Assembly: GCF_030028105.1 (NCBI RefSeq)
Contig: NC_092371.1
Coordinates: 14,653,884 to 14,717,883, forward strand
DNA from: Mobula birostris
Taxonomy: Eukaryota
DNA length: 64,000 nucleotides
Reading direction: 5' to 3'
Positions 1 to 13,265 of this stretch are shown here, one piece after another; position 1 is the stretch's first letter, and every line of letters begins with the position of its first letter. Below the pieces are notes generated by a model, which was not told where the DNA came from, made no database searches, and saw nothing but the letters and a program-made list of their open reading frames with translations. A program made the position numbers and the translations under genes.

Positions 1-940
1 CCTGCCCTCAAGTTTACCGGGTCATTTCCGACACCACCCTCCCCTTTCTTGACCTTTCTGTCTCTGTCTCTGGAGACCGCTTATCTATTGATATCTACTA
101 CAGCCCACAGCTGCCTGGACTATTCCTCTTCCCACCCTGTCTCTTGCAAAATGCCACCCCCTTCTCGCAATTCCTCCGTTTCCGTCTCATCTGCTCTCAG
201 GATGAGGCTTTTCATTCCAGGATGAAGGGGATGTCCTCCTTTTTTAAAGAAAGGGGCTTCCCTTCCTCCACCATCAACTCTGCTCTCAAACGCATCTCTC
301 TCATTTCACGCACCTCTGCTCTCACTCAGTCCTCCCGCCGCCCCACTTGAATATGGCTCCCCTTGTCCTGACCTACCACTCCACCAGCCTCCGGGTCCAA
401 TAGACCATTCTCCGTAACTTCCGCCACATACAACGTGATCCCACCACAAAGCACATCTTTCCCTCCCCCCATCATTCGGCTTTCCTCAGGGATCGCTCCC
501 TACGCGACTCCTTTGTCTAATCGTCCTCCCCATCCCTTCCCACCGATCTCCCTCCTGGCACTTGTAAGCGAAACAAGCGCTACACATGCCCTTACACTAT
601 CTCCCTCACCATCATTCAAGGCCCCAGTCAGTCCATCCCGGTGAGTCGACACTTCACCTGTGAGTCGGCTGGGGTGATATACTGCGTTCAGTACTCCCGA
701 TGTGGCCTTCTATATATTGGCGAGACCCGATGTAGGCTGGGAGACCGTTTCGCTGAACACCTACGCTCTGTCCACCAGAGAAAGCAGGATCACCCAGTTG
801 CCACACGCTTCAATTCCACGTCCCATTCCCGTTCTGATATGACTATCCATGGCCTCCTCTACAGTCAAGATGAAGCCACACTGAAGTTGTAGGATCATCA
901 CCTTATATTCCGTCGGGGTAGCCTCCAACCTGATAGCATG
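1..940 (+). mobile_element. Penelope-like retroelement 3' part (end of RT plus GIY-YIG endonuclease), decayed
   Basis: ORF 641-892 FTCESAGVIYCVQYSRCGLLYIGETRCRLGDRFAEHLRSV has the GIY-YIG motif typical of Penelope elements. ORF 144-350 resembles the PLE RT C-terminal region (PFSQFLRFRLICS). Confidence 0.9.
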
Positions 941-994
941 AATATTGACTTATCTAATTTCCATTAATGCCCCACCTCCCCTTCGAACCCCATC

Positions 995-1017
995 CCTTCC
1001 TTCCTTCCTTCCTTCCT

Positions 1018-1049
<32 letters not shown>

Positions 1050-1058
1050 TCCTTCTTT
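995..1058. repeat. (CCTT)n/(TTTC)n microsatellite in the Penelope 3' region
   Basis: Directly visible tetranucleotide runs. Confidence 0.9.
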
Positions 1059-1282
1059 ATTATTTTTGTCTCTTTTTTTTCTTCCTCTGTCCCACTCACT
1101 ACAATTGCTTGCCCATCCTCTGGGCCTGCCGTCCCATGATCCTCCCTCTTCTCCAGCCTCGTATCCCTTTTGCCAATCAACTTTCCAGCTCTTAGCTCCA
1201 TCCCTACCCCTCCTGTCTTCTTATCATTTCGCATCTCCACCTCCCCCTCCCACTTTTAAATCTGTTACTGTCTCTTGCAGTT

Positions 1283-1318
1283 ATTCCTGACGAAGGGTCT
1301 CGGCCCGAAACGTCGACT
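1283..1318 (+). ncRNA. Minimal type-I hammerhead ribozyme motif in a Penelope pLTR
   Basis: attc-CTGACGA-a-GGGtctcggCCC-GAAA-CGTC-gact: CUGANGA and GAAA cores, stem II and a GUC cleavage triplet. Stem I has one mismatch. Confidence 0.7.
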
Positions 1319-1917
1319 GTACCTCTTCCAACAGATGCTGCCTTACCTACTGCGTTCACTAGCATTTCTTGCGTGTGTTGTTTCTATGTTCCATGTTTTG
1401 TTTATCTATCGATAGTCGATAATCCGATAAGGTAGAATGAGGAGCGCAGATTACTCGGGAGGTGAGATGGGGTAAATTTATTCTTACCTCTCCGGGGATT
1501 GCAATAACTGGAGGGATTTAGGAAAGGGATTTGGATAGAACAATGTGATTAGTGCAGTGAGTAGTGCAACAAAGTGAACCTTGGTGCACTATTTCATTAA
1601 AAATACTCTCTTAATGCATATAATGCGTCTCATGTTGACTTTTAAAACAAGCGCAGAGAATTGGCTTGCCTCTGTGGCTCAGAGTTATCCATCAATGAAG
1701 ATCACTGAAATATTACTGGATGATTATCGCATTCCCGCCTCTTCCCCCCCCCCCCCACGAAGACTTTGAAATGCAACGGAATGCCGCATGTTCTACTACA
1801 GTTTCTTTAAAATGGCCTTCGGTTGTTGCAAAGATCACCTTTGTTATCTGCGTGACTCTATGTCTCCCTCCGTTTGACTATCTGTCTGCATCTTTGTTTA
1901 TCTCTCTGTGTGTCCGT

Positions 1918-1920
<3 letters not shown>

Positions 1921-1950
<30 letters not shown>
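1921..1950. repeat. (CT)n microsatellite
   Basis: Directly visible. Confidence 0.9.
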
Positions 1951-2185
1951 ATCCATTTATATATCTACGTGCAGCTCTATCTCTCTTTCTCCGTCTCGTT
2001 ATCTTTCTCTCTTGTCTTTATGCTCCAATTTAATCGTTAAGATGTTACTCACAACCGATATAAATAATCCCAATAATACAGGGATCGGATGCAGCATTTT
2101 ACATAGTGTCTGGTCTACGATTTTCACAATAGATTTAGTCGAATTTTACCTAGATAACATCCTGATGATTTTTCCCCTTTCTCAG

Positions 2186-2268
2186 TTGTTAGCCCTCGAG
2201 ACGTTTATACCCAAATGCCGTCTGCTCAGGTTCTTTCCGCCGTTGGAAGTACCTTTAAGGTGCATTGC
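2186..2268 (+). pseudogene. 5' part of an Ig V-set exon, truncated by a CR1 insertion
   Basis: Strong acceptor ttttcccctttctcag. Phase-1 translation VVSPRDVYTQMPSAQVLSAVGSTFKVHC matches V-set A-A'-B strands (TQ.P.......G.T..V.C). A stop follows at 2299 and CR1 5'UTR-like sequence takes over. Confidence 0.6.
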
Positions 2269-2269
2269 C

Positions 2270-5200
2270 TGTTGTACGTGGCCTATCAGTGGCGTCAATA
2301 AAGCTATACCTGCAGGAATTTCTCGCAGGTCGGCGGCAGTTATTTGAAAAGGGAGCTTCGAGAGTGTTTGTCCATTGTACCTGGCCTAACAGCGGGTGCA
2401 ACCGGAGCACCAGTGGTTGAGTTAGATGCCAGGGAAGTTTCATGCATAAAAGGGAGACACTGCCCAGCAGAGCGGTCATCAAAAGAGGAGTGAACGATGG
2501 GGTGATCTGAGGCAGAGTGGTAGGCCTTTGGCTCATTCGGGCTTCAGCGATAACGGGTCGAGGCGAGGTATGTTACCTGTGAGGAATAGAAATAGGAAGT
2601 ATGTCTGTAAGAGGTGTCAGATATGGGATGTCCAGGAGACTCCCAGCCTCCTGGACGGCCACACCTGCGCCAGGCGCGTCGAGCTGTAGCTCCTTAGTGA
2701 CCGCGTTAGGGAACTGAAGATGCAGTTCGATGACCTTCGTCTGGTCATGGAAAGTGGGGAGTGATAGAAAGGTCCTATAGGTAAGTAGTCACTCCGGGTC
2801 CTCGGGAGACAGATAAGTGGGTAAATGTCAGGACAGGGAAAGGCAAGAGTCAGATACCAGAGAGCACCCCTGTGGCTGTTGTCCTGAACAATAAGTACTA
2901 CTGTTTGAGTACTGTTGGAGTGGACGGCCTACCTGCGGGAAGCATCAGTGGCCGCGCCTCTGGCACTGAGTCTGGCCCTGCGCTTCTGAAAGGTGGGGAA
3001 AGGAAGAAGGCGGCCACAGTGAGCTTAGGGGGTCAGACAGGCGATTCTGTGGACGCAGGAATTAAACACGGATAGTAGTTTGCCTCCCAGGTGCCAAGGT
3101 ACGGGATGTTTTGATCGCGTCCACGATATCCTGAAGTGGGAAGGTGAACAGATAGAGGTCGTGGTACATATTGGTACCAACGAAATAGGTAGGAAAAGTG
3201 AGGAGGTCCTGAAAACAGACGACTGGGAGTTATGAAGGAGGTTGAACAGGAGGACCTCAAAGGTAGTAATCGCAGGATTACTGCCTGTGCCACGCGGCAG
3301 TGACTATAGGAATAAAGTGAGCTGGAGGATAAATGCGTGGCTGAGGAATTGGAGCAGGGGGCAGGGATTCAGATTTCTAGACATTCGGACCTCGTTTGGG
3401 GCAGGCATGACCTGTACAAAAAGAACGGGTTGCACTTGAATCCGAGGGGGACCAATATCCTCGCAGGAAGGCTTGCTGAGGCTACTGGGGAGAGATTAAA
3501 CTAGAATAACTGGAGTTTGGGAACCGAACTGAAGAGACAGGGGAAGTGGTTGGCTCACAAATACAGAAAGTTTGATGACAATGCGAGAGGGAGGATCGGC
3601 AGGTGATAGAGAAAGGATACTCTCAGACCGATGGTTTGAGATGTGTCTATTTTAATGCAAGAAGCATCATGAATGAAGCGGATGAGCTTAGAGCGTGGAT
3701 CAATACTTGGAGCTATGATGTTGTGGCCATTGCAGAGACTTGGATGGCTCAGGATCAGGAATGGTTACTTAGAGTGCCAGGCTTTCGACAGTTCAAAAAG
3801 GACAGGGAGTGAGGCAAAAGAGGTTTGGGGGGTGACACTCCTGATCAGAGATAGTACCACGGCTGCAGAACAGGAGGAAGTTATGGAGGGATTGTCTACT
3901 GAGTCTCTGTGGGTGGAAGATAGAAACAGAAAGGGGTCAATAACTCTACTGGGTGTTTTTTATAGACCACCCAATGGTAACAGGGATATCGAGGAGCAAT
4001 CGGGAGACAGATTCGGGAAAAGTGTAATAAAAACAGGGCTGTCTTGGTGGGAGATTTTAAATTCTCGATTAGTGATTGGCATCTCCCTGGAGCAAGGGGT
4101 TTAGATGGGGTGGAGTTTGTTAGTTGTGTTCAGGAAGGTTTTTCTGACACAATATATAGATAAGCATACAAGAGGAGAGGCTGTGCTTGATCTGGTATTG
4201 GGAAACGAACCTGGTCAGGAGTCAGGTCTCTCAGTAGGAGAGCATTTTGGAGATAGTGCTCACAATTCTATCTCCTTTACCATAGCATCGGAGAGGGATA
4301 GGAACAGACAAGTTAGGAGAGTGCTTAATTGGAGTAAAGGGAAATATGAAGGAACTTGGAAGCAAAAGCTGGAAACAGATGTTCTTAGGGAAATGTACGG
4401 CACAAATGTGGCAAATGTACAGGGGATATTTGCGCGAGGTTCTGCATAGGTACGTTCTAATCAGACAGGGAAAACATGGTCGGGTGTTGGAACCATGACG
4501 TAAAAAGTCTGTTGAAAATCTAGTCAAGAACAGAAAAGTTTACGAAAGGTTTAAAAACTCACAAATGATAGAGATCTAGAAGATTGTAAGTCGAACAGGA
4601 AAGAGCTTAAGAATGAAATTAGAAGAGAGCCAGATGGGGCCATGAGAATGCCTTGGTGAGCAGGATTAAAGGAAACCCCTATGCATTCTACAAGTATGTG
4701 AAGAGCAAGACGATAAGTGGGGAGAGAACAGAACCAATCAAGTTTGACAGTGGAAAAATATGTATGGAACCGGAGGAGACAGCAGAGGTACTTAATGAAT
4801 ACTTTGTTTTAGTGTTCACAGTTTTCATTGTAGGGATGACTTACAGCGGATTGAAAAGATTAAGCATATTGGCATTAAGAAAGAGGATGTGCTGGAGATT
4901 TTGGAAAGCATCAAGTATGATAAGCCTCCGGAACTGGACAAGATGTTCCCCAGGCGACTGTGGGAAGCGAGGGAGAAGATTGCTGCGCCTCTGGCAATTA
5001 TCTTTGCATCATCAATGACGATTGGAGGGTTGCAGATGTTGATCATTTATTCAAGATGGGGAGTAGAGATTGCCCAGTAAATCACAGGCAAGTGAGTCAT
5101 GCTTGAGTGGTTGGTAAGATGATGGAAAAGATCCTGAGAGGCAAGTTTTATGAACATTTCTAGAGGCATAATATGATTAGGAATAGTCAGCATGACTTTG

Positions 5201-6470
5201 TCTAAGGCAGGTCGTGCTTTACGAGCCTGATTGAATTTTTTGAGGTTGTGACTAAACATGTTGATGAAGGTAGAGCAGTAAAGGTAGTGTATATGTATTT
5301 CAGCAAGGCATTTGATATGGCACCCCATGCAAGGAATATTGAGAAAGGAAGGAGGCATGGGATCCAAGGGACCGTGCTTTGTGGATCCAGAATTTGCTTG
5401 CGCACTGAAGGCAAAGAGTGGTTATAGAGGGATCGTATTCTACATGGAGGTCGGTGAACAGTGGTGTGCTTCAGGGTTATGTTCTGGGAACCCTTCTCTT
5501 CGTGAGCTTTATAATTGACCGAGGTGTGAGGAAGTGGATGCGCATTTGCTGATGACACACAGGATGGGGGTTTTGTGGATAGTGTAAAGGGCTGTCAGAA
5601 ACTACAGAGGGACATCGATATGATGCAAAACTGGGCTGAGAAGTGGCAGATAGAGTTCAACCCATATCAGTGTGAGGTGGTTCATTTTGGTGGGTCAAAT
5701 ATGATGGCAGAATATAGAATTACTGGTAAGCCTCTTGGCAGTGTGGAGGATCGCAGGGATCTTGGGGTTCGAGTACACAGGACACTCAAAGCTGCTGCAT
5801 AGGATGACTGTGTGGTTAAGAGGGCCTAGGGTGCATTGGCCTTCTTCAACCGTAGGATTAAGTTAAAAGCCGAGAGGTATTGTTACAGTTATCTAGGACC
5901 GTGGTCAGCTTCCACTTGGAGTACTCTGCTAATTTCTGGTCACCTCACTACAGGAAGGTTGTGGAAACTATAGAAAGGGTGCAGAGGAGATCTACAAGGT
6001 TGTTGCCTGGATTGGGGAGCGTGCCTTATGAGAATAGGCTGAGTGAAACCGGCCTTTTCTCCTTGTAGCGGTCGAGGATGAGAGGTGACCTGATAGAGGT
6101 GTATAAGGTGATGAGAAGCATTGACCGTCTGGGTAGTTTAGAAGATTTTCCTGGGGCTGAAATGGCTAACACGATTGGGCACATTTTAAAGCCGCTTGGA
6201 AGAAGGTACAGAGGAGATGTCAGAGATACGTTTTTTTTCTTACGCAGAGAGTGGTGAGTGCGTGGAATGGGCTGCCGGCGACGGTTGTGGAGTCGGATAC
6301 GATAGGGTCTTTTACGAGACTCCTGGATGGGTACATGGCGCGTAGAAAAATAGAGGGATGTGTGTAACCCTAGGTAATTTTTAAAGTAAGTACATGTTTG
6401 CCACAGCATTATGGATCGAAGGGCCTATATATTTTTGCTGCAGTTTTTCTATGTTTCTATGCTTCTAATA
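2270..6470 (+). mobile_element. CR1 LINE, near full length, degenerate (5'UTR, esterase ORF1, APE, RT, 3' tail)
   Basis: ORF1 fragments around 2870-3440; ORF2 start CVYFNARSIMNEADEL (3603-); GSITLLGVFYRPPN; RT fragments at 5575-6068; 3' microsatellite tail ttctatgtttctatg. Confidence 0.9.
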
Positions 6471-6599
6471 TCTGTTTGGTATCTGATTGTGGATAGAGCG
6501 TTCCACTCCCCATGCCGAAGTATTTTAAACCGCTCCCAACAACTCTAGCAAACCTGTTCGCAAGAATATTGATCACTATTAAGAAAACCGAAGTACAAA

Positions 6600-8860
6600 G
6601 AAGTAAATGATCACAAGATTTAAAAAGGACAATGAGTGTAAAGGTACTTGACTGGACTGCCCATAGTATTTGTAACAAGTTCAGTAAGCTTGCGGCCCAA
6701 ATCAGTACAAAGGGGTATATTATTTAATGGCAATTACAGCAACGTTTTTGCGGGGTGGAGAGGATTGGGAATTAATTATGCAACGATATCAGACAATACG
6801 GAAAGATAGGCAGGAAGGTAAGGGCTCTTAATTAAAGATGAGATCAGGGCAATAGTGAGAGACGATATAAAATCTAGCGAGTAGAATGCTGAAATCATCT
6901 GGGTAGAGATTCAGAATAGTAAAGGGGAAAATCACTTAAGAAAATTGTGTATTGGCCACCGAATATTAACATTACAGTGGTACGGACAATAAACAGAGAA
7001 ATATTTGAGGCATGTAAGAATGGAACCGCAGTTATCATGGGGGACTTCCTAACTTGCACATAGATTGGGTGAATCAAGTTGCTAGAGCGAGTCTTGAAGT
7101 GGACTTTGTTGAGCGATAGGTGACAGCTTTCTTGAACAGCATGTTACTGAACCTGCAAGGGAACGCCCTATCTTACTTCTAGTCCTGTGCAATGAGTCAG
7201 GTACAATTAATGATCTTGCAGTTAGGGATCTTCTTGGAAAGAGTGATCAAAGTATGATTGAGTTTGAATTATGTATAGCGGATAAGGTGAAAGTAGGTCC
7301 CTTGGAGGACGAGAAGGGGCAATTGATATTGCGTAATGAGGAAATGGCTGAGATTTTGAATGAATAGTTTGCTTGGGATTGCACGGTGGGGAACTAGTCT
7401 AACATGTCAAAGAGAGATGATATGGATGCGATGGTAGGCGAGGACCTGATTTTATAGCTATCACTAAAGAGATAGTACTGAGCAAACTTGTGGGCCTGAA
7501 GATAGACAAGAGCGATGGTCCTGATGGAATGCATCACAGAGCACCGAAAGACATGGCACTTGAGGCTTTGGTGACAAGCTACCAAAATTTTCCGGACTCT
7601 GGGCAGGTTCCGACGGATTGGAAGAAGGCGAATGTCCCACCACCCTTCAAAAAGAATGTAGGCAAAAGGTAGGTAGCTGACGAAGGGTCTCGGCCTGAAA
7701 CGTCGACTATACCTCTTCCTACAGATGCTGCTTGGCCTGCTGCGTTCACCAGCAACTTTGATGTGTGTTGCTTGAATTTCCAGCATCTGCAGAATTCCTG
7801 TTGTTAGCTATAGGCCATTTAGTTTAACATCTGGAGTTGGGAAAGCGCTTGAAGCTATCGTTAAAGCAGACATAGCGAAGCACCTGGAAAGACGCAGCAT
7901 GGATTCAGCAAAGGCGGGTACTATTTGACAAACTTACTGAAGTTTTTGAGGATATAACAAGCGCAGTGGATAATGGGGAACATCTGGACGTAATTGACTT
8001 GAATTTCCAGAAGGCCTTCAATAAGTTGCCACATAAACGACTTATCAATAAGATAAAGATGCATAGAGTTCGATATATATGTGAGCATGGATAGAGGATT
8101 TGTTAACCTATAGAAAGTAGAGATTTGGGATATATGACTGTTTCTTTGATAGGCAATGATTGGAGAGTGGTGTGCTGCAGGGGTCGCTGCTGGGCCCGGA
8201 ACTATTCACGATATTCATTAACGATCTAGAAGAGGGGACCGAGTGTAGTGTATCTAAGTTTGCTGATAACGCGAGAAGCAAGTTGTGCAGAGGATACGGA
8301 GAGTCTACAGAGAAATATAGATCAGCTATTGAGTGGGCAAGGGTCTGGCAGATAGAGTACAATGTTGGTAAATGCGAGGCTACATACTTTGGAAGGAAAC
8401 ATGTAAGATCAGATTATTATTATTTAAACGGTTAAAAGATTGCAGCATGGTGCTGTGCAGAAGGACTTGGGAGTGCTTGTGCATGAATCGCAAAGGGCTG
8501 GTTTGCAGGTGCATCAAGTTATGAAGAAGGCAAATAGACTGGAGGTCACTGCCAGGGCTATTGCATTTAAGAGCAGGGAGGCTATGCTGCAACTGTATAG
8601 GGTATTGGTGAGGCCGCATTTGGAGTACTGCATGAAGTTCTGGTCTCCTTACTTGCGGAAGAATATACCGGCTCTGGAGGCTGTGCAAAAGATGTTCACC
8701 AGGTTGATTCCAGAGATGACGGGGTTAGACTATGAGAACAGATTCAATTGCCTGGAAATGTACTCGCTGGAATTCAGAAGGATGAGAGGAAATCTTGTAG
8801 AATCAAATAAAATTAAGAATGGGTTAGACAAAATAGAGGCAGGGAAGTTGTATACATGAT
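6600..8860 (+). mobile_element. CR1 ORF2 fragments (APE and RT), degenerate
   Basis: GLKIDKSDGPDGMH; SGVLQGSLLGPELFTIFINDL..SKFADN; LYRVLVRPHLEYCMKFWSPY. Confidence 0.9.
7676..7805 (+). mobile_element. Penelope pLTR fragment with a hammerhead core, inserted into CR1
   Basis: ctgacgaagggtctcggcctgaaacgtcgacta...gatgctgcttggcctgctgcgttcaccagc, homologous to 1287-1380. The 5' arm of stem I is missing. Confidence 0.8.
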
Positions 8861-9111
8861 TAACCACATAACCATATAACGATATAACAATTACAGCACG
8901 GAAACAGGCCATCTCGGCCCTTCAAGTCCGTGCCGAATGCTTACTCCCACCTAGTCCCACCGACCTGCACTCAGCCCATAACCCTCTATTCCTTTCTTGT
9001 CCATATAGCTATTCAATTTTAATTTAAATGACAACATCGAACCTGCCTCTACCACTTCTACTGGAAGCTCGTTTCACACAGCTACCACTCTCCAAGTGAA
9101 GAAGTTCCCGC

Positions 9112-9900
9112 TGTTACGTAACCGGCAACAATGAATATCAATCGGGACAGGTTATATAAAAACAGCCAAACATTTATTAAGCACGGATAAACAATTAAAA
9201 AAAAAACAAACGAAATCCTTAACCGGAAGGTAACCGCTATGCAGCAGTTCAACAAATCGTCACTCGGCACTGGTTCTTAAAGCGTTAAATGCGATAACAG
9301 TTCTTAAAGCGGTAAAGTTAGATACAGTTCTTAAAATCGTAAATTCGAAAGTCCAACAGATTTATACGTTCAATTGGAAGAGACTTCTCTGGAGAAAGAT
9401 TTCTTCATAGACTCAACTTTCCTGCTGGTTCTGTCCAAAGGATTCACGATGCAGGAAATAAACGGCTTAAAACAACTGACCTTAGTTTCCAGAGTGCAAA
9501 TCCGGCATGTACTTCGCTGCGCTTTTGGCAAGAGTTATCCACGATGCAGGTCGCAACTTCTTCAAAGAAGACTCAATAAGTTCGATCTTTTATTAAACTG
9601 CCGAACATTCCCGACTTCTTATAATCCTTCATATCCTGTACTTCGATGAAGTCTTCACTCTCCAGTACTGCTGGGAAAAGGTACGTCACCACATTTAGCA
9701 AAAATTGCCAGTCTAGCACCATGGTACCTTGCAACAGAACATAACACTCCGTTTTAAGAAATGAAACAGCGTCACAAAAACAAATACACAACAGAAACGG
9801 AGACAGAGTAACGTTCTAGCTGGAAAACTAAAAACTAACTGCGTCATCTGAGGTCTTCCCTGATATACCCGTGGTGAACATGTCATCACGTGACTTCACA
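9112..9900 (-). mobile_element. Solo-LTR-like element nested in the CR1 3' region
   Basis: Begins tgttacg and ends caca (TG...CA), has AATAAA on the minus strand near 9174, and splits a CR1 3'UTR. No clean target-site duplication found. Confidence 0.5.
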
Positions 9901-10277
9901 TCTCATGTCCTCTTGTTTGAATCCCCCTACTCGCATACCAAAAGCTTTCTTCACCACCCTATCCACATGAGATTCCACCTTGAGGGAAGTATGCACCATT
10001 ATTTTTAGATCCCTCTGTTCTACTGCATGCTTCAATGCCCTACCATTTATGTCCTATTTTGATTAGTCCTACCAAAATGTTGCACCTCACACTGATCAGC
10101 GTTAAACTCCATCTGTCATCTTTCAGCCCACTCTTCTAACTGGAGTCAATCTCTCTGCAAGATTTGAAAGCCTACTTCATTAACCACAACGCCACCTATC
10201 TTAGTATCATCTGCACACTTAGTAATCCAATTTACCACCCCATCTTCTATATCTTTAATGTATATGACAAACAACAT

Positions 10278-10319
10278 TGGATACAGTACAGATCCCTGTG
10301 GATCCAGTACAGATCCCTG
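10278..10319. repeat. 21-bp tandem duplication inside a CR1 RT (QGSVLDP-QGSVLYP)
   Basis: tggatacagtacagatccctg followed by tggatccagtacagatccctg. Confidence 0.9.
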
Positions 10320-12452
10320 AGGCACACCACTAGTCACCAGTCTCCAACCTGACAAACCGTTATCCACCACTGCTCTCTGGCATCTCCCATCCAGCCACTG
10401 TGGGATCTATTTTACTACTTCAATATTAATACCAAACGATTGAACCTTCCTCACTAACCTTCCGTATAGAACCTTGTCAAAGGCCTTGCAGAAGTCCATA
10501 TAGACTACATCCACCACTTTACCGTCGTCAACTGTCCTCGTAATCTCTTCAAAAATTCAATAAGATTTGTTAAACATGACCTTCCACGCACAAATCCATG
10601 TTGACTGTTCCTAATTAGGCCCTCTCTATCCAGATAGTTATATATACCATCTCTAAGAATACTTTCCAATAATTTACCCACCACTGACGTTAAACGTACA
10701 GGCTGATAACTGCTAGGTTTACTCTTAGAACCCTTTTTAAACAATGGCACAACATGAGCAATACGCCAATCCTCCGGCACCATCCCTGTTTCTAATTACA
10801 TTTGAATTATTTCTGTCAGAGGCCCTGCTATTTCTACACTAACTTCCCTCAAAGTCCAGGGAATATCTTGTCAGGACCCGGAGATGTATCCACTTTTAGA
10901 TTCCTTAAAAGCGGCAATACTTCCTCTTCGTTAAACATCATAGTTTCCATAACTTCCCTACCTGTTTCCCTTACCTTACACAATTCAATATGCTTCTCCT
11001 TAGTGAATACCGAAGAAAAGAAATTGTTCAAAATATCCCCCATCTCTTTTGATTCCACACATAGCTGTCCGCTCTGATTCTCTAAGGGACCAATTTTAGC
11101 CCTCACTATCCTTTTGCTATTAATATAACTGTAGAAACCCTTTGGATTTATTTTCATTTTATTTGCCAAAGCAACCTGGTATCTTCTTTTAGCTTTTCTA
11201 ACTTCTTTCTTAAGATTCTTTTTCCGTTCTTTATATTCCTCGAGAACCTCATTTACTCCATGCTGCTTATATATATTGTAGATATCTCTCTTTTTCCGAA
11301 ACAAGCTTCCAATATCCCTTGAAAACCATGGCTCTCTCAAACTTTTAACTTTCCTTTCGATCCAACAGGAACATAAAGATTCTGTACCCTCAAAATTTCA
11401 CCTTTAAATGACCTCAATTTCTCTATTACATCCTTCCCATAAAACAAATTGACCCGATCCACTCCTTCGAAATCCTTTCGCATCTAATTAAAGTTAACCT
11501 TTCTCCAACCAAAAATTTCAACCCTGGGTCCAGATCAATCCTTCACCATAATTATTTTGCAACTAATGGCATTCTGATCACTGGACCCGAAGTGCTTCCC
11601 AACACATACCTCCGTCAGCTGATCTATCTCATTCCCTAACAGACGATCCAACACTGCCCCTTCTCTATTTGGTACCTCTATGTATTGCTGCAAAAATCTA
11701 CCCTGCACACATTTTACAAACTCCAAACCATCCAGCCCTTTTACAGTATGGGCTTTTCAGTCTCTATGTGGAAAATTAAAATCTTCCACAATGACAACCT
11801 TGTGCTTACTACAGATATCTGCTATCTCCTTACAAATTTGTTCCTCCAATTCTTGCTCCCGATTAGGTGGTCTTTAATACACCCCTATAAGTGTTACTAC
11901 ACCTTTCCCATTCCTCAATTCCACCCCAATAGCCTTCCTAGACGAGCCCTCTAATCGATCCTGCCAGAGACCTCTGTAATATTTTCTCTGACAAGCAATG
12001 CAACAGCTCCCCCTCTTGTCCCTCCGATTCTATCACATCTGAAGCAACGAAATCTGGGAATATTTCGTTGCCAATCACACCCCTCCTGCAACCATGTTTC
12101 ACTAATAGCTACAGCATCATACTTACAGGTATCAGTCCATGCTCTAAGCTCATCCACCTTTCGTTCAATGCTTCTAGCATTAAAATAAATGCATTAAAGA
12201 AATGTTCCACCTCTTACTCTCTGTTTATCACTCATTGTGCAAATAACTTTACTGTCTCCTTTTTCTTCCTTCTCCCCTACATTTGTTCCTACACTCTGGA
12301 TCTCCACCCTCCCCCCCCCCCCCCCCCCGCCGTATCTAGTTTAAATCCACTGGAGCCTCTCCAGCAAATCTACCTGCAAGAATATTTGTCCCCCTCCAGT
12401 TCAGATGTAAACCCTCCCGCCAGAACAAGTCCCACCTTCGCTGGAAAACTGC

Positions 12453-13265
12453 CTAATTATCTATAAATCTGAAGCCCTCCCTTCTGCACCATGTCCTCAG
12501 CCACGTGTTGATCTGCGCTATCTTATTATTTCTAAACCCGCCTGCATGTGGCACTGGTAACAATCCTGACATTGCTATCCTGGAGGTCCTATCCTTTACC
12601 TTGGCGCCTAAGTCCCTAAACTCACCTTTCAGGACCTCCTCACTCTTCCTACATACGTCATTGGTCCCTACATGGACCACGACATCCGGCTGCTCAACCT
12701 CCCTCTTGAGAATACTGAGAACACCATCTGAGATATTGCGGACCTTGGCACCAGGGAAGCAACAGACTATCCGGGATTCTCGATCTGTTCCACAGAACCT
12801 CTTATCTGTCCCCGTAACTATCGAATCCCCTATCAGCACTGCTCTCCTCTTTTCCCTCCTTCCCTTCTGAGCTGAGGTGCCAGAGACGCAACCACTGCAA
12901 CTTGTCCCTAGTAGGTCGTCCCCATCAACAGTATCCAAAATGATATACTTATTATTGGTGGGAACGGCCACAGGGGTGGTTTGCTCATTCTGTTTATTCC
13001 CCTTCCCTCTCCTGACAGTCACCCAGCTACCTGTCTCCTGACTCTTAGGGGTGCCGATCTCTCTGTAACTCCTGTTTATTCCTGCCTCTGCCTCCCGAAT
13101 GATCCGAAGTTCATCCAGCTCTAGCTCCGCTTCCCTAACTCGGTTTGTCAGGAGCTGCCGCTGGATGCACCTTTCGCAATTGTAGTCATCAGCGACAATT
13201 GTGCTCGCCCTGACTTCCCACATACTGCAAACAGAGCACTCAACTGCCCTAACTGCTGCCTCCAT
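12453..13265 (-). CDS. CR1 ORF1 protein (Cys-rich zinc-finger-like N-terminus, coiled coil, SGNH/GDSL esterase)
   Basis: 270-aa ORF with CSVC..C..C, LIGDSIV (GDS motif) and VVVHVGTND. Confidence 0.85.
   Translation of the reverse strand: MEAAVRAVECSVCSMWEVRASTIVADDYNCERCIQRQLLTNRVREAELELDELRIIREAEAGINRSYREIGTPKSQETGSWVTVRRGKGNKQNEQTTPVAVPTNNKYIILDTVDGDDLLGTSCSGCVSGTSAQKGRREKRRAVLIGDSIVTGTDKRFCGTDRESRIVCCFPGAKVRNISDGVLSILKREVEQPDVVVHVGTNDVCRKSEEVLKGEFRDLGAKVKDRTSRIAMSGLLPVPHAGGFRNNKIAQINTWLRTWCRREGFRFIDN

Noticed and set aside
950-1290. ORFs rich in K/E/R or F/L/S
   Set aside because: Translation of microsatellite sequence.
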